DNA of 62,598 bases, filler included. It is 7 parts of 7 records of this genome, joined end to end, with 100 filler letters (N's around TTAATTAATTAA, not from the genome) between each part and the next. Parts side by side here need not be neighbours in the genome. Positions count along the whole stretch, not along the records: positions 1 to 11,007 come from SRR11831585_702; positions 11,108 to 19,796 come from SRR11831585_715; 5 more parts are not named here. One strand, written 5' to 3'. Shown here piece after piece: positions 1 to 12,630 of the stretch (positions are counted from its first letter, which is position 1; each line of letters begins with the position of its first letter). The notes beneath the pieces were generated by a model. The model was not told the origin of the DNA and ran no database searches. It saw only the letters and a list, made by a program, of their open reading frames with translations. A program made the position numbers and the translations under genes.

Positions 1-68
1 TAAGACGCGCAAGCGTCGCATCAGGCGTTGATTGCCGGATGCGGCGTGAACGCCTTATTCGGCCTACG
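1..68. repeat. REP/BIME palindromic units
   Basis: GCCGGATGCGGCGTGAACGCCTTATTCGGCCTAC and AAGACGCGCAAGCGTCGCATCAGGC match the E. coli REP consensus. Confidence 0.9.
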
Positions 69-108
69 CAATCGTTGACAACGCCAAGCATCCGACACTA
101 TTCCTCAA

Positions 109-930
109 TTAAAAGAACACGACATACACCGCAGCCGCCACAATAAAGCGATAAATGGCGAACGGGATAAACGAAATGCGCTTAATCAATTGCAGGAAGG
201 TTTTAATCGCTATCAGCGCCACCACAAAAGCGGTGATAAACCCAACGGCAAACATCGGGATATCGCCGCTTGTCAGGAAGCCCCAGCTTTTGTAGAGATC
301 GAGCGCCGTTGCGCCCATCATCATCGGCACCGCCAGCAGGAACGAAAACTCGGAAGCAGCGTAACGGCTCACCCCCATCAGCATCCCACCTGAAATGGTC
401 GCCCCGGAACGGGAGAAACCCGGCCACAGCGCCAGACACTGGAAACAGCCAATCATAAATGCCTGACGATAGGTCATATCATCAAGACCCGGCGCACGCG
501 GCTCTTTCGGCTTCAGGCATTCGGCGGCAATCAGCAACAAACCGCCAACGACCAGCGCATACATCACATTTATCGGGTTAAACAATGACTTAATCGTGTC
601 GTGGAACAACAGCCCCAATACCACCGCCGGAATCATCCCCAGCAAAATGTGGATCAGCGTTAAACGACCTTTGCTTTCACCTTCGTGCTGCAACGGGCGG
701 CCAAAGTGGATGCCAATCAGGCCAAACAGACGCCGCCAGAACATCACTACTACCGCCAGAATTGATCCTAACTGGATCACAACTTCAAAGGTTTTCGCCG
801 TGTCGCCCTCAAACCCCAACAAGTGACCGACAATAATCATATGGCCCGTGCTGGATACCGGCAGAAATTCTGTCAATCCTTCGACCACACCCAATATTGC
901 CGCTATCAGCAGCGAGTGCATATCGCTCAT
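109..930 (-). CDS. uppP: Undecaprenyl-diphosphatase (BacA)
   Basis: [14 protein letters not shown] and PGFSRSG motifs; start at MSDMHS. Confidence 0.97.
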
Positions 931-1019
931 CAATAAACCCCTAAATTATTAAAATGTACCGCTTGTCCGAACTACTGCGTATGACCAGGTTATAACCGTT
1001 TGGTTTAACAGCTGTAAAA

Positions 1020-1388
1020 TTAATTATTTTCTTTCAGATTATTGCCACGCTCAATGATTACGCCAACATTCGCCGCCCGCGCCACTGCGCCTGGCTTGCT
1101 GAGTTTGATACGCACCCACGGCGAGTTGAAGCGTGCTAACAGCAGCTCCGCCACCTCTTCAGCCACGCGTTCCACCAGCGCAAAACGCGCCCCCTCGACG
1201 TGGCTGACCACCGTTTCTGCAATGTCAGCGTAACTGAGGCAATCCGCCACATCATCACTTTTCGCCGCTTTACGGTTATCCCACGCCATTTCGATATCGA
1301 ACACTAACTTCTGTTCGATGGTCTGTTCCCAGTCGTAAACACCAATAGTGGTGATTACCGAAAGTTGCTCTATAAATACAATATCCAT
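1020..1388 (-). CDS. folB: Dihydroneopterin aldolase
   Basis: MDIVFIEQLSVITTIGVYDWE...; synteny with bacA and plsY. Confidence 0.97.
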   Translation of the reverse strand: MDIVFIEQLSVITTIGVYDWEQTIEQKLVFDIEMAWDNRKAAKSDDVADCLSYADIAETVVSHVEGARFALVERVAEEVAELLLARFNSPWVRIKLSKPGAVARAANVGVIIERGNNLKENN

Positions 1389-1492
1389 CACGTCCTGCCT
1401 GCTTTTTGGCTAACCAGATACCACTTCCGGCGAAATGTGCGTATTATCCACAGATTCATCGTTGAACACGAATTTTCAAAACGGAACAGCTT

Positions 1493-2110
1493 ATGAGTGC
1501 AATCGCGCCTGGAATGATCCTCATCGCGTACCTCTGCGGCTCCATTTCCAGTGCCATTCTGGTTTGCCGCTTGTGTGGGCTGCCCGATCCGCGAACCAGC
1601 GGCTCCGGCAATCCAGGCGCAACCAATGTGTTACGTATCGGTGGCAAGGGAGCAGCCGTAGCAGTACTGATTTTCGACGTTCTGAAAGGAATGTTGCCCG
1701 TCTGGGGCGCGTATGAATTAGGTGTCAGCCCCTTCTGGCTAGGCTTAATTGCCATCGCCGCCTGTCTTGGACACATCTGGCCCGTTTTCTTCGGATTTAA
1801 AGGAGGAAAAGGCGTTGCTACCGCTTTTGGTGCCATCGCACCCATTGGCTGGGATCTCACCGGAGTAATGGCGGGAACCTGGTTACTGACCGTGCTATTG
1901 AGCGGATACTCGTCGCTGGGAGCGATTGTCAGTGCACTGATTGCTCCGTTTTATGTCTGGTGGTTTAAGCCACAATTCACCTTCCCGGTTTCGATGCTCT
2001 CTTGCCTGATCCTGCTGCGTCATCATGACAACATCCAACGTCTGTGGCGTCGTCAGGAGACAAAAATCTGGACGAAATTCAAAAGAAAGCGCGAAAAGGA
2101 TCCCGAGTGA
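1493..2110 (+). CDS. plsY: Glycerol-3-phosphate acyltransferase PlsY (YgiH)
   Basis: GSGNPGATN and FKGGKGVAT motifs. Confidence 0.97.
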
Positions 2111-2122
2111 TTTCTGGTGGAT

Positions 2123-3055
2123 CTACATGACCTGATAGCCTTCATCGGGCTTGCCCAGCCGTTGCTGGCACCATGCCGCCAGAAATTCCACGCAGACACG
2201 TAATTTCATGCTGCGATAGAGCGGCTCCCGGTAAACAGCCCAGATATTGGCGCTTTGTGCATACTCTGGCAATACTTGCACCAGTTTGCCACTCTCCAGA
2301 AACGGCAACACATCCCACTCGGAACGCAGCATAATCCCTTTGCCCTCCAGCGCCCATTGCAGCACAATCTCGCCGCTATTGGAGGAAAGATGCCCGCTTA
2401 CCTTCACCGATTTTTTCTCCTGACCGTTCCCCAACTCCCATATTCCATGGGTCATATCGCGCTCTTTGGTCACCAGACAGTCATGACGACTTAATTCCTG
2501 TAGGGATTGTGGCTGCGGATATTTTTGCAGATACTCAGGTGCTGCGCATAATATTCTTTTATTTTTTGTCAAAAGATGCGCAATATAATAATCAGGAATT
2601 TCGTCATTAATACGAATATCCAGATCAATATTATCCTGCACTAAATCAATTTGCCGATCGAACAATTCAAAATGCACCTGTAACTCAGGATAATTGCGCA
2701 TCAGTTCGGTAATAGCTGGCGCAATATGGCTGCGCCCAAAACCAAAACTGCAACCAATACGAATCATCCCCTCCGGGCGCGTTTTGATTTGCGTGACGTC
2801 ATCGACCAGTCGCTGATATTGGGTGAGGATTTCCAACGCATGTTCGTAACAACGTTGGCCACTTTCAGTCAGCGCCACGCCGCGAGCGGAGCGGTTCAGC
2901 AGCGTTGTTGCCAGCGTATTTTCAAGGATTTGGATCCGCTTGGTGACAAATGCAGGCGTCTGCCCAAGCGTCGCCGCTGCGGCGCTAAAACTCCCGCTGT
3001 GAACGATTTCTACCAGTACCTGCAAGTCTTTGGCTAAAGGCCAGCTATTCAGCAT
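2123..3055 (-). CDS. ttdR: LysR-family activator TtdR (Dan)
   Basis: LysR HTH N-terminus; divergent from ttdA. Confidence 0.95.
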   Translation of the reverse strand: MLNSWPLAKDLQVLVEIVHSGSFSAAAATLGQTPAFVTKRIQILENTLATTLLNRSARGVALTESGQRCYEHALEILTQYQRLVDDVTQIKTRPEGMIRIGCSFGFGRSHIAPAITELMRNYPELQVHFELFDRQIDLVQDNIDLDIRINDEIPDYYIAHLLTKNKRILCAAPEYLQKYPQPQSLQELSRHDCLVTKERDMTHGIWELGNGQEKKSVKVSGHLSSNSGEIVLQWALEGKGIMLRSEWDVLPFLESGKLVQVLPEYAQSANIWAVYREPLYRSMKLRVCVEFLAAWCQQRLGKPDEGYQVM

Positions 3056-3261
3056 CGTTAATTATCCGCAGTTGTGATAAGCGCAGTGTATTTCGCAAAA
3101 CATTGCCATTCCCTGCTCTGGCGCAATATTCATTCTTATTTTCGCGTTGATTCACGAACTGTTAATTACATATTCACGGTGGCAAAAAATATAAAACCAC
3201 ATTTTTAGTGGTAGTTTGTGGCGGTGAATTTTTCCAGACAAATACAAAAACTGGAGTTGCC

Positions 3262-4173
3262 ATGATGAGCGAAAGTAATAAGCAACAGGCAGTGAATAAG
3301 TTGACAGAGATTGTCGCTAACTTTACCGCCATGATTTCTACCCGAATGCCTGATGACGTGGTGGATAAACTAAAACAGCTAAAGGATGCCGAAACGTCGT
3401 CGATGGGGAAAATTATCTACCATACGATGTTCGACAACATGCAAAAAGCGATTGACCTGAATCGTCCTGCCTGTCAGGACACCGGGGAGATTATGTTCTT
3501 CGTTAAAGTCGGTTCCCGCTTCCCACTGCTTGGCGAGCTGCAAAGCATACTCAAACAAGCCGTGGAAGAGGCAACCGTCAAAGCGCCACTACGTCACAAT
3601 GCGGTAGAAATTTTTGACGAAGTAAACACCGGCAAAAATACCGGTAGCGGCGTACCGTGGGTCACCTGGGACATCATCCCCGACAATGACGATGCGGAAA
3701 TCGAAGTTTACATGGCAGGCGGCGGCTGCACGCTACCTGGCCGCTCGAAAGTGTTAATGCCGTCAGAAGGCTACGAAGGCGTGGTGAAATTCGTCTTCGA
3801 AAATATCTCCACCCTCGCCGTAAACGCCTGTCCACCGGTACTGGTGGGCGTGGGCATCGCCACCTCGGTGGAAACCGCCGCCGTACTCTCGCGTAAAGCC
3901 ATTTTGCGCCCGATTGGCAGCCGCCATCCCAATCCAAAAGCGGCAGAACTGGAGCTACGCCTGGAAGAAGGACTCAACCGTCTGGGGATTGGTCCACAAG
4001 GGCTGACCGGCAACAGTTCAGTGATGGGCGTACATATCGAATCTGCCGCCCGCCATCCGTCAACCATCGGCGTTGCTGTCTCTACCGGCTGCTGGGCGCA
4101 TCGTCGCGGCACGCTGCTGGTTCATGCCGATCTCACCTTTGAAAATCTGTCTCACACCCGGAGCGCGTTATGA
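3262..4173 (+). CDS. ttdA: L(+)-tartrate dehydratase alpha subunit
   Basis: CQDTG motif; GGAG Shine-Dalgarno before ATG at 3262. Confidence 0.95.
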   Translation: MMSESNKQQAVNKLTEIVANFTAMISTRMPDDVVDKLKQLKDAETSSMGKIIYHTMFDNMQKAIDLNRPACQDTGEIMFFVKVGSRFPLLGELQSILKQAVEEATVKAPLRHNAVEIFDEVNTGKNTGSGVPWVTWDIIPDNDDAEIEVYMAGGGCTLPGRSKVLMPSEGYEGVVKFVFENISTLAVNACPPVLVGVGIATSVETAAVLSRKAILRPIGSRHPNPKAAELELRLEEGLNRLGIGPQGLTGNSSVMGVHIESAARHPSTIGVAVSTGCWAHRRGTLLVHADLTFENLSHTRSAL

Positions 4174-4774
4174 AAAAGATCCTGACAACCCCGATCAAAG
4201 CTGAAGATCTGCAAGATATTCGCGTCGGCGATGTGATCTACCTGACCGGTACGCTGGTGACCTGCCGCGACGTTTGTCACCGCCGTTTGATCGAACTGAA
4301 ACGTCCGATCCCTTACGATCTCAACGGCAAAGCGATTTTCCACGCTGCCCCATCGTGCGCAAAAACGGCGACAAATGGGAGATGGTCTCCGTCGGCCCGA
4401 CAACCAGTATGCGTATGGAAAGTTTTGAACGTGAATTTATTGAGCAGACCGGCGTGAAACTGGTGGTTGGCAAAGGTGGTATGGGGCCGCTGACCGAAGA
4501 AGGCTGCCAGAAATTCAAGGCGCTACATGTGATTTTCCCGGCAGGCTGCGCGGTGCTGGCGGCAACCCAGGTGGAAGAGATTGAAGAAGTGCACTGGACA
4601 GAGCTCGGAATGCCGGAGTCACTGTGGGTCTGCCGGGTCAAAGAGTTCGGCCCGCTGATTGTCTCTATTGATACCCACGGCAACAACCTGATAGCCGAAA
4701 ACAAAAAGCTGTTCGCCGAACGCCGCGATCCCATCGTGGAAGAGATCTGCGAGCACGTCCATTACATCAAATAA
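4170..4774 (+). CDS. ttdB: L(+)-tartrate dehydratase beta subunit, 1-nt frameshift near 4347 (likely sequencing error)
   Basis: N-terminal half in ORF 4170-4457 and C-terminal half in ORF 4274-4774; one extra G restores HAGPIVRK. Confidence 0.9.
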
Positions 4775-4821
4775 CCCTCCCGGAGAGGCTCACCCCTCTC
4801 CTTTTTCGCAGGCATAACACG

Positions 4822-6285
4822 ATGAAACCTTCCACTGAATGGTGGCGATATCTTGCGCCGCTGGCGGTCATCGCCATTATTGCTCTACTTCCGGTTCCCG
4901 CAGGGCTGGAGAACCATACCTGGCTCTACTTTGCCGTTTTTACTGGCGTGATCGTTGGACTGATCCTCGAACCCGTGCCGGGTGCCGTGGTGGCGATGGT
5001 GGGTATATCCATCATCGCCATACTCTCTCCCTGGCTGCTGTTCAGCCCGGAGCAGCTCGCTCAGCCAGGCTTTAAATTCACTGCAAAATCCCTCTCGTGG
5101 GCCGTTTCCGGTTTTTCTAATTCGGTTATCTGGCTGATTTTCGCCGCCTTTATGTTTGGCACAGGCTATGAAAAAACCGGGCTTGGACGCCGCATTGCGC
5201 TGATTCTGGTGAAAAAGATGGGACATCGCACGCTGTTTCTCGGCTATGCGGTGATGTTCTCCGAGCTGATCCTCGCACCTGTAACACCGTCCAACTCGGC
5301 GCGTGGTGCGGGGATTATCTATCCCATCATCCGTAACCTGCCACCGCTCTATCAATCACAACCAAACGACAGCAGTTCGCGCAGCATTGGCTCGTACATC
5401 ATGTGGATGGGGATTGTTGCCGACTGCGTGACCAGCGCCATTTTCTTGACGGCGATGGCACCAAACTTGCTGTTAATTGGACTGATGAAAAGCGCATCTC
5501 ACGCCACGCTGAGTTGGGGCGACTGGTTCCTCGGGATGTTGCCGCTCAGCATTTTACTGGTTCTGCTGGTTCCCTGGCTGGCTTACGTGCTGTACCCGCC
5601 GGTACTGAAGTCTGGCGATCAGGTGCCGCGCTGGGCAGAGACGGAACTGCAGGCAATGGGCCCGCTCTGTTCGCGTGAAAAACGGATGCTGGGGCTGATG
5701 GTAGGCGCGCTGGTGCTGTGGATTTTCGGCGGTGATTATATCGATGCCGCGATGGTCGGTTACAGCGTGGTGGCACTGATGCTGCTTCTGCGCATTATCA
5801 GTTGGGACGACATTGTCAGTAATAAAGCGGCGTGGAACGTTTTCTTCTGGCTGGCCTCGCTTATCACCCTCGCCACCGGACTCAACAACACCGGTTTTAT
5901 TAGCTGGTTTGGCAAACTGTTAGCAGGCAGCTTAAGCGGTTATTCGCCAACGATGGTGATGGTGGCGTTGATTGTGGTGTTTTATCTACTGCGCTACTTT
6001 TTCGCCAGCGCCACGGCGTATACCTCCGCTCTCGCACCGATGATGATTGCTGCTGCGCTGGCGATGCCGGAAATCCCGCTGCCGGTGTTCTGCCTGATGG
6101 TTGGTGCGGCAATTGGTCTGGGGAGCATTCTTACACCATACGCCACCGGCCCCAGTCCGATTTACTACGGCAGTGGTTATCTGCCAACGGCGGATTACTG
6201 GCGACTGGGGGCGATTTTTGGGCTGATATTCCTCGTATTGCTGGTGATTACCGGCTTACTGTGGATGCCCGTGGTGTTGCTTTAA
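4822..6285 (+). CDS. ttdT: L-tartrate/succinate antiporter (DASS family)
   Basis: 487-aa polytopic membrane protein with PSNSAR motif, in the ttd operon. Confidence 0.95.
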   Translation: MKPSTEWWRYLAPLAVIAIIALLPVPAGLENHTWLYFAVFTGVIVGLILEPVPGAVVAMVGISIIAILSPWLLFSPEQLAQPGFKFTAKSLSWAVSGFSNSVIWLIFAAFMFGTGYEKTGLGRRIALILVKKMGHRTLFLGYAVMFSELILAPVTPSNSARGAGIIYPIIRNLPPLYQSQPNDSSSRSIGSYIMWMGIVADCVTSAIFLTAMAPNLLLIGLMKSASHATLSWGDWFLGMLPLSILLVLLVPWLAYVLYPPVLKSGDQVPRWAETELQAMGPLCSREKRMLGLMVGALVLWIFGGDYIDAAMVGYSVVALMLLLRIISWDDIVSNKAAWNVFFWLASLITLATGLNNTGFISWFGKLLAGSLSGYSPTMVMVALIVVFYLLRYFFASATAYTSALAPMMIAAALAMPEIPLPVFCLMVGAAIGLGSILTPYATGPSPIYYGSGYLPTADYWRLGAIFGLIFLVLLVITGLLWMPVVLL

Positions 6286-6327
6286 GTGAGGACGGTGCCG
6301 GAAATTGCTCTCCGGCACCCAATAGTT

Positions 6328-7341
6328 TTACGCAGCCGGTAACTCCGCCAGCGGCCAGCGCGGACGCACGCTAACGCCGAGATCCGCCGTCGCGCCTGCT
6401 TTAAACCGCACCATTCCGGCATAGGCGATCATCGCGCCGTTATCAGTACAAAATTCCGGACGCGCGTAGAACACTTCGCCGCGGCGTTTTTTCATCATTT
6501 CAGCCAGCTTCGCCCGTAACGTACGGTTAGCACTCACGCCGCCCGCCATGACCAGTCGCTTAAAGCCCGTCTGATCCAGCGCCCGCTTGCACTTAATCAT
6601 CAGCGTATCGACCACCGCATCTTCAAAGGCGCGGGCGATATCAGCACGCGTCTGGTCGTCGGTGCCGTTGTCACGAATGGTATTTGCCGCGAAGGTTTTC
6701 AGGCCGGAGAAGCTGAAATCCAGCCCCGGACGGTCGGTCATCGGACGCGGGAAGACAAAGCGCCCGGCAGTACCCTGAGCCGCCATTTTCGACAGTAACG
6801 GCCCGCCAGGATAATCCAGCCCCAGCAGCTTCGCGGTTTTATCAAACGCTTCCCCGGCGGCATCATCGATAGACTCGCCGAGCAGCTCGTACTGACCAAT
6901 GCCAGTCACGCTGATTAACTGCGTATGACCGCCGGAAACAAGCAGCGCAACAAACGGAAATTCCGGCGGGTTATCTTCCAGCATCGGCGCTAACAGATGC
7001 CCTTCCATATGGTGTACAGGGATCGCCGGAACGTCCCAGGCAAACGCCAGAGAACGCCCCACGGTCGCGCCAACCAGTAGCGCGCCGACTAATCCAGGGC
7101 CTGCGGTATAGGCCACAGCATCAATGTCTTTTGCCGTTAAACCAGACTCCTTTAGCGCCGCCTGGATCAACGGTACGGTTTTACGCACATGATCGCGGGA
7201 GGCCAGTTCAGGCACGACGCCGCCGTAGTCAGCGTGCAATTTCACCTGACTATACAATTGGTTGGCTAACAAACCTTTTTCATCGTCGTAAATGGCGATG
7301 CCGGTTTCATCGCAGGAAGTTTCAATACCCAGTACACGCAT
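6328..7341 (-). CDS. tsaD: tRNA threonylcarbamoyltransferase TsaD (YgjD)
   Basis: [15 protein letters not shown] and DNGAMIA motifs. Confidence 0.98.
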
Positions 7342-7529
7342 GACTTGTTTTACCTCGCTTTATTACCGCGCAGTGTAGGACCAATGCGGGTTGATGTAAA
7401 ACTTTGTTCGCCCCTGGAGAAAGCCTCGTGTATACTCCTCACCCTTATAAAAGTCCCTTTCAAAAAAGGCCGCGGTGCTTTACAAAGCAGCAGCAATTGC
7501 AGTAAAATTCCGCACCATTTTGAAATAAG

Positions 7530-7794
<265 letters not shown>

Positions 7795-7840
7795 TTCCCC
7801 GAGAGCGTTGCTCTCCGATCAGACCGAGTTGTAGTTGTAA

Positions 7841-7875
7841 GGCCGTGCTTCCGAAAGGAATGCGCGGCTTATTTT
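7841..7875 (+). terminator. Intrinsic terminator between rpsU and dnaG
   Basis: GGCCGTGCTTCC-GAAA-GGAATGCGCGGCT hairpin followed by TATTTT. Confidence 0.75.
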
Positions 7876-7904
7876 CGTTTATGAATTGCTAAAAATCGGG
7901 GCCT

Positions 7905-9650
7905 ATGGCTGGACGAATCCCACGCGTATTCATTAATGATCTGCTGGCACGCACTGACATCGTCGATCTGATCGATGCCCGTGTGAAGCTGAAAAAGCAG
8001 GGCAAGAATTTCCACGCGTGTTGTCCATTCCACAACGAGAAAACCCCGTCCTTCACCGTTAACGGTGAGAAACAGTTTTACCACTGCTTTGGATGTGGCG
8101 CGCACGGCAACGCGATCGACTTCCTGATGAACTACGACAAGCTCGAGTTCGTCGAAACGGTCGAAGAGCTGGCAGCAATGCACAATCTTGAAGTGCCATT
8201 TGAAGCAGGCAGCGGCCCCAGCCAGATCGAGCGCCATCAGAGGCAAACGCTTTATCAGTTGATGGACGGTCTGAATACGTTTTACCAACAATCTTTACAA
8301 CAACCTGTTGCCACGTCTGCGCGCCAGTATCTGGAAAAACGCGGATTAAGCCACGAGGTTATCGCTCGCTTTGCGATTGGTTTTGCGCCCCCCGGCTGGG
8401 ACAACGTCCTGAAGCGGTTTGGCGGCAATCCAGAAAATCGCCAGTCATTGATTGATGCGGGGATGTTGGTCACTAACGATCAGGGACGCAGTTACGATCG
8501 TTTCCGCGAGCGGGTGATGTTCCCCATTCGCGATAAACGCGGTCGGGTGATTGGTTTTGGCGGGCGCGTGCTGGGCAACGATACCCCCAAATACCTGAAC
8601 TCGCCGGAAACAGACATTTTCCATAAAGGCCGCCAGCTTTACGGTCTTTATGAAGCGCAGCAGGATAACGCTGAACCCAATCGTCTGCTTGTGGTCGAAG
8701 GCTATATGGACGTGGTGGCGCTGGCGCAATACGGCATTAATTACGCCGTTGCGTCGTTAGGTACGTCAACCACCGCCGATCACATACAACTGTTGTTCCG
8801 CGCGACCAACAATGTCATTTGCTGTTATGACGGCGACCGTGCAGGCCGCGATGCCGCCTGGCGAGCGCTGGAAACGGCGCTGCCTTACATGACAGACGGC
8901 CGTCAGCTACGCTTTATGTTTTTGCCTGATGGCGAAGACCCTGACACGCTAGTACGAAAAGAAGGTAAAGAAGCGTTTGAAGCGCGGATGGAGCAGGCGA
9001 TGCCACTCTCCGCATTTCTGTTTAACAGTCTGATGCCGCAAGTTGATCTGAGTACCCCTGACGGGCGCGCACGTTTGAGTACGCTGGCACTACCATTGAT
9101 ATCGCAAGTGCCGGGCGAAACGCTGCGAATATATCTTCGTCAGGAATTAGGCAACAAATTAGGCATACTTGATGACAGCCAGCTTGAACGATTAATGCCA
9201 AAAGCGGCAGAGAGCGGCGTTTCTCGCCCTGTTCCGCAGCTAAAACGCACGACCATGCGTATACTTATAGGGTTGCTGGTGCAAAATCCAGAATTAGCGA
9301 CGTTGGTCCCGCCGCTTGAGAATCTGGATGAAAATAAGCTCCCTGGACTTGGCTTATTCAGAGAACTGGTCAACACTTGTCTCTCCCAGCCAGGTCTGAC
9401 CACCGGGCAACTTTTAGAGCACTATCGTGGTACAAATAATGCTGCCACCCTTGAAAAACTGTCGATGTGGGACGATATAGCAGATAAGAATATTGCTGAG
9501 CAAACCTTCACCGACTCACTCAACCATATGTTTGATTCGCTGCTTGAACTGCGCCAGGAAGAGTTAATCGCTCGTGAGCGCACGCATGGTTTAAGCAACG
9601 AAGAACGCCTGGAGCTCTGGACATTAAACCAGGAGCTGGCGAAAAAGTGA
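7905..9650 (+). CDS. dnaG: DNA primase
   Basis: CPFH...CFGC zinc ribbon; TOPRIM EGYMD and DGD motifs. Confidence 0.99.
   Translation: MAGRIPRVFINDLLARTDIVDLIDARVKLKKQGKNFHACCPFHNEKTPSFTVNGEKQFYHCFGCGAHGNAIDFLMNYDKLEFVETVEELAAMHNLEVPFEAGSGPSQIERHQRQTLYQLMDGLNTFYQQSLQQPVATSARQYLEKRGLSHEVIARFAIGFAPPGWDNVLKRFGGNPENRQSLIDAGMLVTNDQGRSYDRFRERVMFPIRDKRGRVIGFGGRVLGNDTPKYLNSPETDIFHKGRQLYGLYEAQQDNAEPNRLLVVEGYMDVVALAQYGINYAVASLGTSTTADHIQLLFRATNNVICCYDGDRAGRDAAWRALETALPYMTDGRQLRFMFLPDGEDPDTLVRKEGKEAFEARMEQAMPLSAFLFNSLMPQVDLSTPDGRARLSTLALPLISQVPGETLRIYLRQELGNKLGILDDSQLERLMPKAAESGVSRPVPQLKRTTMRILIGLLVQNPELATLVPPLENLDENKLPGLGLFRELVNTCLSQPGLTTGQLLEHYRGTNNAATLEKLSMWDDIADKNIAEQTFTDSLNHMFDSLLELRQEELIARERTHGLSNEERLELWTLNQELAKK
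9448..9480 (+). promoter_or_regulatory. Sigma32 heat-shock promoter of rpoD inside dnaG
   Basis: CCCTTGAA (-35) ... CGATATAG (-10); recalled known E. coli promoter. Confidence 0.65.
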
Positions 9651-9844
9651 TTTAACGGCTTAAGTGCCGAAGAGCGATCGGGAAGCCCCCGACAGCCGCA
9701 CTGAGAGGCAGCGGCAAATATATAAGTACGCCCTCGTAATTATCGTTGGCGGTAAACAACCGTTGGATTTCAGCGTTAACGGCTGAAGGACATCGGGTCA
9801 ATCGCCCAACACCAACCTCATGAAATAAGTGTGGATACCGTCTT

Positions 9845-11007
9845 ATGGAGCAAAACCCGCAGTCACAGCTGAAACTTCTTGTCACCCGTGGTAAGGAGCA
9901 AGGCTATCTGACCTATGCCGAGGTCAATGACCATCTGCCGGAAGATATCGTCGATTCAGATCAGATCGAAGACATCATCCAAATGATCAACGACATGGGC
10001 ATTCAGGTGATGGAAGAAGCACCGGATGCCGATGATCTGATGCTGGCTGAAAACACCGCGGACGAAGATGCTGCCGAAGCCGCCGCGCAGGTGCTTTCCA
10101 GCGTGGAATCTGAAATCGGGCGCACGACTGACCCGGTACGCATGTACATGCGTGAAATGGGCACCGTTGAACTGTTGACCCGCGAAGGCGAAATTGACAT
10201 CGCTAAGCGTATTGAAGACGGGATCAACCAGGTTCAATGCTCCGTTGCTGAATATCCGGAAGCGATCACCTATCTGCTGGAACAGTACGATCGTGTTGAA
10301 GCAGAAGAAGCGCGTCTGTCCGATCTGATCACCGGCTTTGTTGACCCGAACGCAGAAGAAGATCTGGCACCTACCGCCACTCACGTCGGTTCTGAGCTTT
10401 CCCAGGAAGATCTGGACGATGACGAAGATGAAGACGAAGAAGATGGCGATGACGACAGCGCCGATGATGACAACAGCATCGACCCGGAACTGGCTCGCGA
10501 AAAATTTGCGGAACTACGCGCTCAGTACGTTGTAACGCGTGACACCATCAAAGCGAAAGGTCGCAGTCACGCTACCGCTCAGGAAGAGATCCTGAAACTG
10601 TCTGAAGTATTCAAACAGTTCCGCCTGGTGCCGAAGCAGTTTGACTACCTGGTCAACAGCATGCGCGTCATGATGGACCGCGTTCGTACGCAAGAACGTC
10701 TGATCATGAAGCTCTGCGTTGAGCAGTGCAAAATGCCGAAGAAAAACTTCATTACCCTGTTTACCGGCAACGAAACCAGCGATACCTGGTTCAACGCGGC
10801 AATTGCGATGAACAAGCCGTGGTCGGAAAAACTGCACGATGTCTCTGAAGAAGTGCATCGCGCCCTGCAAAAACTGCAGCAGATTGAAGAAGAAACCGGC
10901 CTGACCATCGAGCAGGTTAAAGATATCAACCGTCGTATGTCCATCGGTGAAGCGAAAGCCCGCCGTGCGAAGAAAGAGATGGTTGAAGCGAACTTACGTC
11001 TGGTTAT
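9845..11007 (+). CDS. rpoD: RNA polymerase sigma70 (truncated at contig end)
   Basis: MEQNPQSQLKLLV...TDPVRMYMREMG...EANLRLV. Confidence 0.99.
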
Positions 11008-11107
11008 NNNNNNNNNNNNNNNNNNNNNNNNNNNNNNNNNNNNNNNNNNNNTTAATTAATTAANNNNNNNNNNNNNNNNNNNNNNNNNNNNNNNNNNNNN
11101 NNNNNNN
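11008..11107. other. Artificial contig spacer
   Basis: N44-TTAATTAATTAA-N44 all-frame stop linker. Confidence 0.98.
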
Positions 11108-11284
11108 CTCTGTAATTTTTATCTGTCTGTGCGCTATGCCTATATTGGTTAAAGTATTTAGTGACCTAAGTCAATAAAATTTTAATTTACTCACGGCAGG
11201 TAACCAGTTCAGAAGCTGCTATCAGACACTCTTTTTTTAATCCACACAGAGACATATTGCCCGTTGCAGTCAGAATGAAAAGCT
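11108..11284 (-). promoter_or_regulatory. thrL promoter/upstream region (start of the K-12 reference map)
   Basis: Reverse complement reads AGCTTTTCATTCTGACTGCAACGGGC...TTGACTTAGG...TTACAGAG; the contig ends just before thrL. Confidence 0.9.
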
Positions 11285-11308
11285 GAAAAATACTTACTAA
11301 GGCGTTTT

Positions 11309-11995
11309 TTATTTGGTGATATTTTTTTCAATATCATGCAGCAAACGGTGCAACATTGCCGTGTCTCGTTGCTCTAAAAGCCCCAGGCGTTGTTGTAACC
11401 AGTCGACCAGTTTTATGTCATCTGCCACTGCCAGAGTCGTCAGCAATGTCATGGCTCGTTCGCGTAAAGCTTGCAGTTGATGTTGGTCTGCCGTTGCATC
11501 ACTTTTCGCCGGTTGTTGTATTAATGTTGCTAATTGATAGCAATAGACCATCACCGCCTGCCCCAGATTGAGCGAAGGATAATCCGCCACCATCGGCACA
11601 CCAGTAAGAACGTCAGCCAACGCTAACTCTTCGTTAGTCAACCCGGAATCTTCGCGACCAAACACCAGCGCGGCATGGCTCATCCATGAAGATTTTTCCT
11701 CTAACAGCGGCACCAGTTCAACTGGCGTGGCGTAGTAATGATATTTCGCCCGACTGCGCGCAGTGGTGGCGACAGTGAAATCGACATCGTGTAACGATTC
11801 AGCCAATGTCGGGAAAACTTTAATATTATCAATAATATCACCAGATCCATGTGCGACCCAGCGGGTGGCTGGCTCCAGGTGTGCCTGACTATCGACAATC
11901 CGCAGATCGCTAAACCCCATCGTTTTCATTGCCCGCGCCGCTGCCCCAATATTTTCTGCTCTGGCGGGTGCGACCAGAATAATCGTTATACGCAT
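11309..11995 (-). CDS. yjtD: SpoU-family tRNA/rRNA methyltransferase YjtD (LasT)
   Basis: ENIGAAARAM, FGREDSGL and SLNL SPOUT motifs. Confidence 0.93.
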   Translation of the reverse strand: MRITIILVAPARAENIGAAARAMKTMGFSDLRIVDSQAHLEPATRWVAHGSGDIIDNIKVFPTLAESLHDVDFTVATTARSRAKYHYYATPVELVPLLEEKSSWMSHAALVFGREDSGLTNEELALADVLTGVPMVADYPSLNLGQAVMVYCYQLATLIQQPAKSDATADQHQLQALRERAMTLLTTLAVADDIKLVDWLQQRLGLLEQRDTAMLHRLLHDIEKNITK

Positions 11996-12394
11996 ATTGC
12001 CACTCTTCTTGATCAAATAACCGCGAACCGGGTGATCACTGTCAACTTATTACGCGGTGCGAATTTACAAATTCTTAACGTAAGTCGCAGAAAAAGCCCT
12101 TTACTTAGCTTAAAAAAGGCTAAACTATTTCCTGACTGTACTAACGGTTGAGTTGTTAAAAAATGCTACATATCCTTCTGTTTACTTAGGATAATTTTAT
12201 AAAAAATAAATCTCGACAATTGGATTCACCACGTTTATTAGTTGTATGATGCAACTAGTTGGATTATTAAAATAATGTGACGAAAGCTAGCATTTAGATA
12301 CGATGATTTCATCAAACTGTTAACGTGCTACAATTGAACTTGATATATGTCAACGAAGCGTAGTTTTATTGGGTGTCCGGCCCCTCTTAGCCTG

Positions 12395-12535
12395 TTATGT
12401 TGCTGTTAAAATGGTTAGGATGACAGCCGTTTTTGACACTGTCGGGTCCTGAGGGAAAGTACCCACGACCAAGCTAATGATGTTGTTGACGTTGATGGAA
12501 AGTGCATCAAGAACGCAATTACGTACTTTAGTCAT
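12395..12535 (-). CDS. yjjY: Small protein YjjY (46 aa)
   Basis: Manual translation MTKVRNCVLDALSINVNNIISLVVGTFPQDPTVSKTAVILTILTAT*. Confidence 0.75.
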   Translation of the reverse strand: MTKVRNCVLDALSINVNNIISLVVGTFPQDPTVSKTAVILTILTAT

Positions 12536-12630
12536 GTTACGCCGATCATGTTAATTTGCAGCATGCATCAGGCAGGTCAGGGACTTTTGTACTTCCTGTT
12601 TCGATTTAGTTGGCAATTTAGGTAGCAAAC

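Noticed and set aside
11108-11130. Contig break just upstream of thrL as a sign of an engineered thr operon
   Set aside because: No foreign junction sequence is visible, and other contigs also break in unique sequence.
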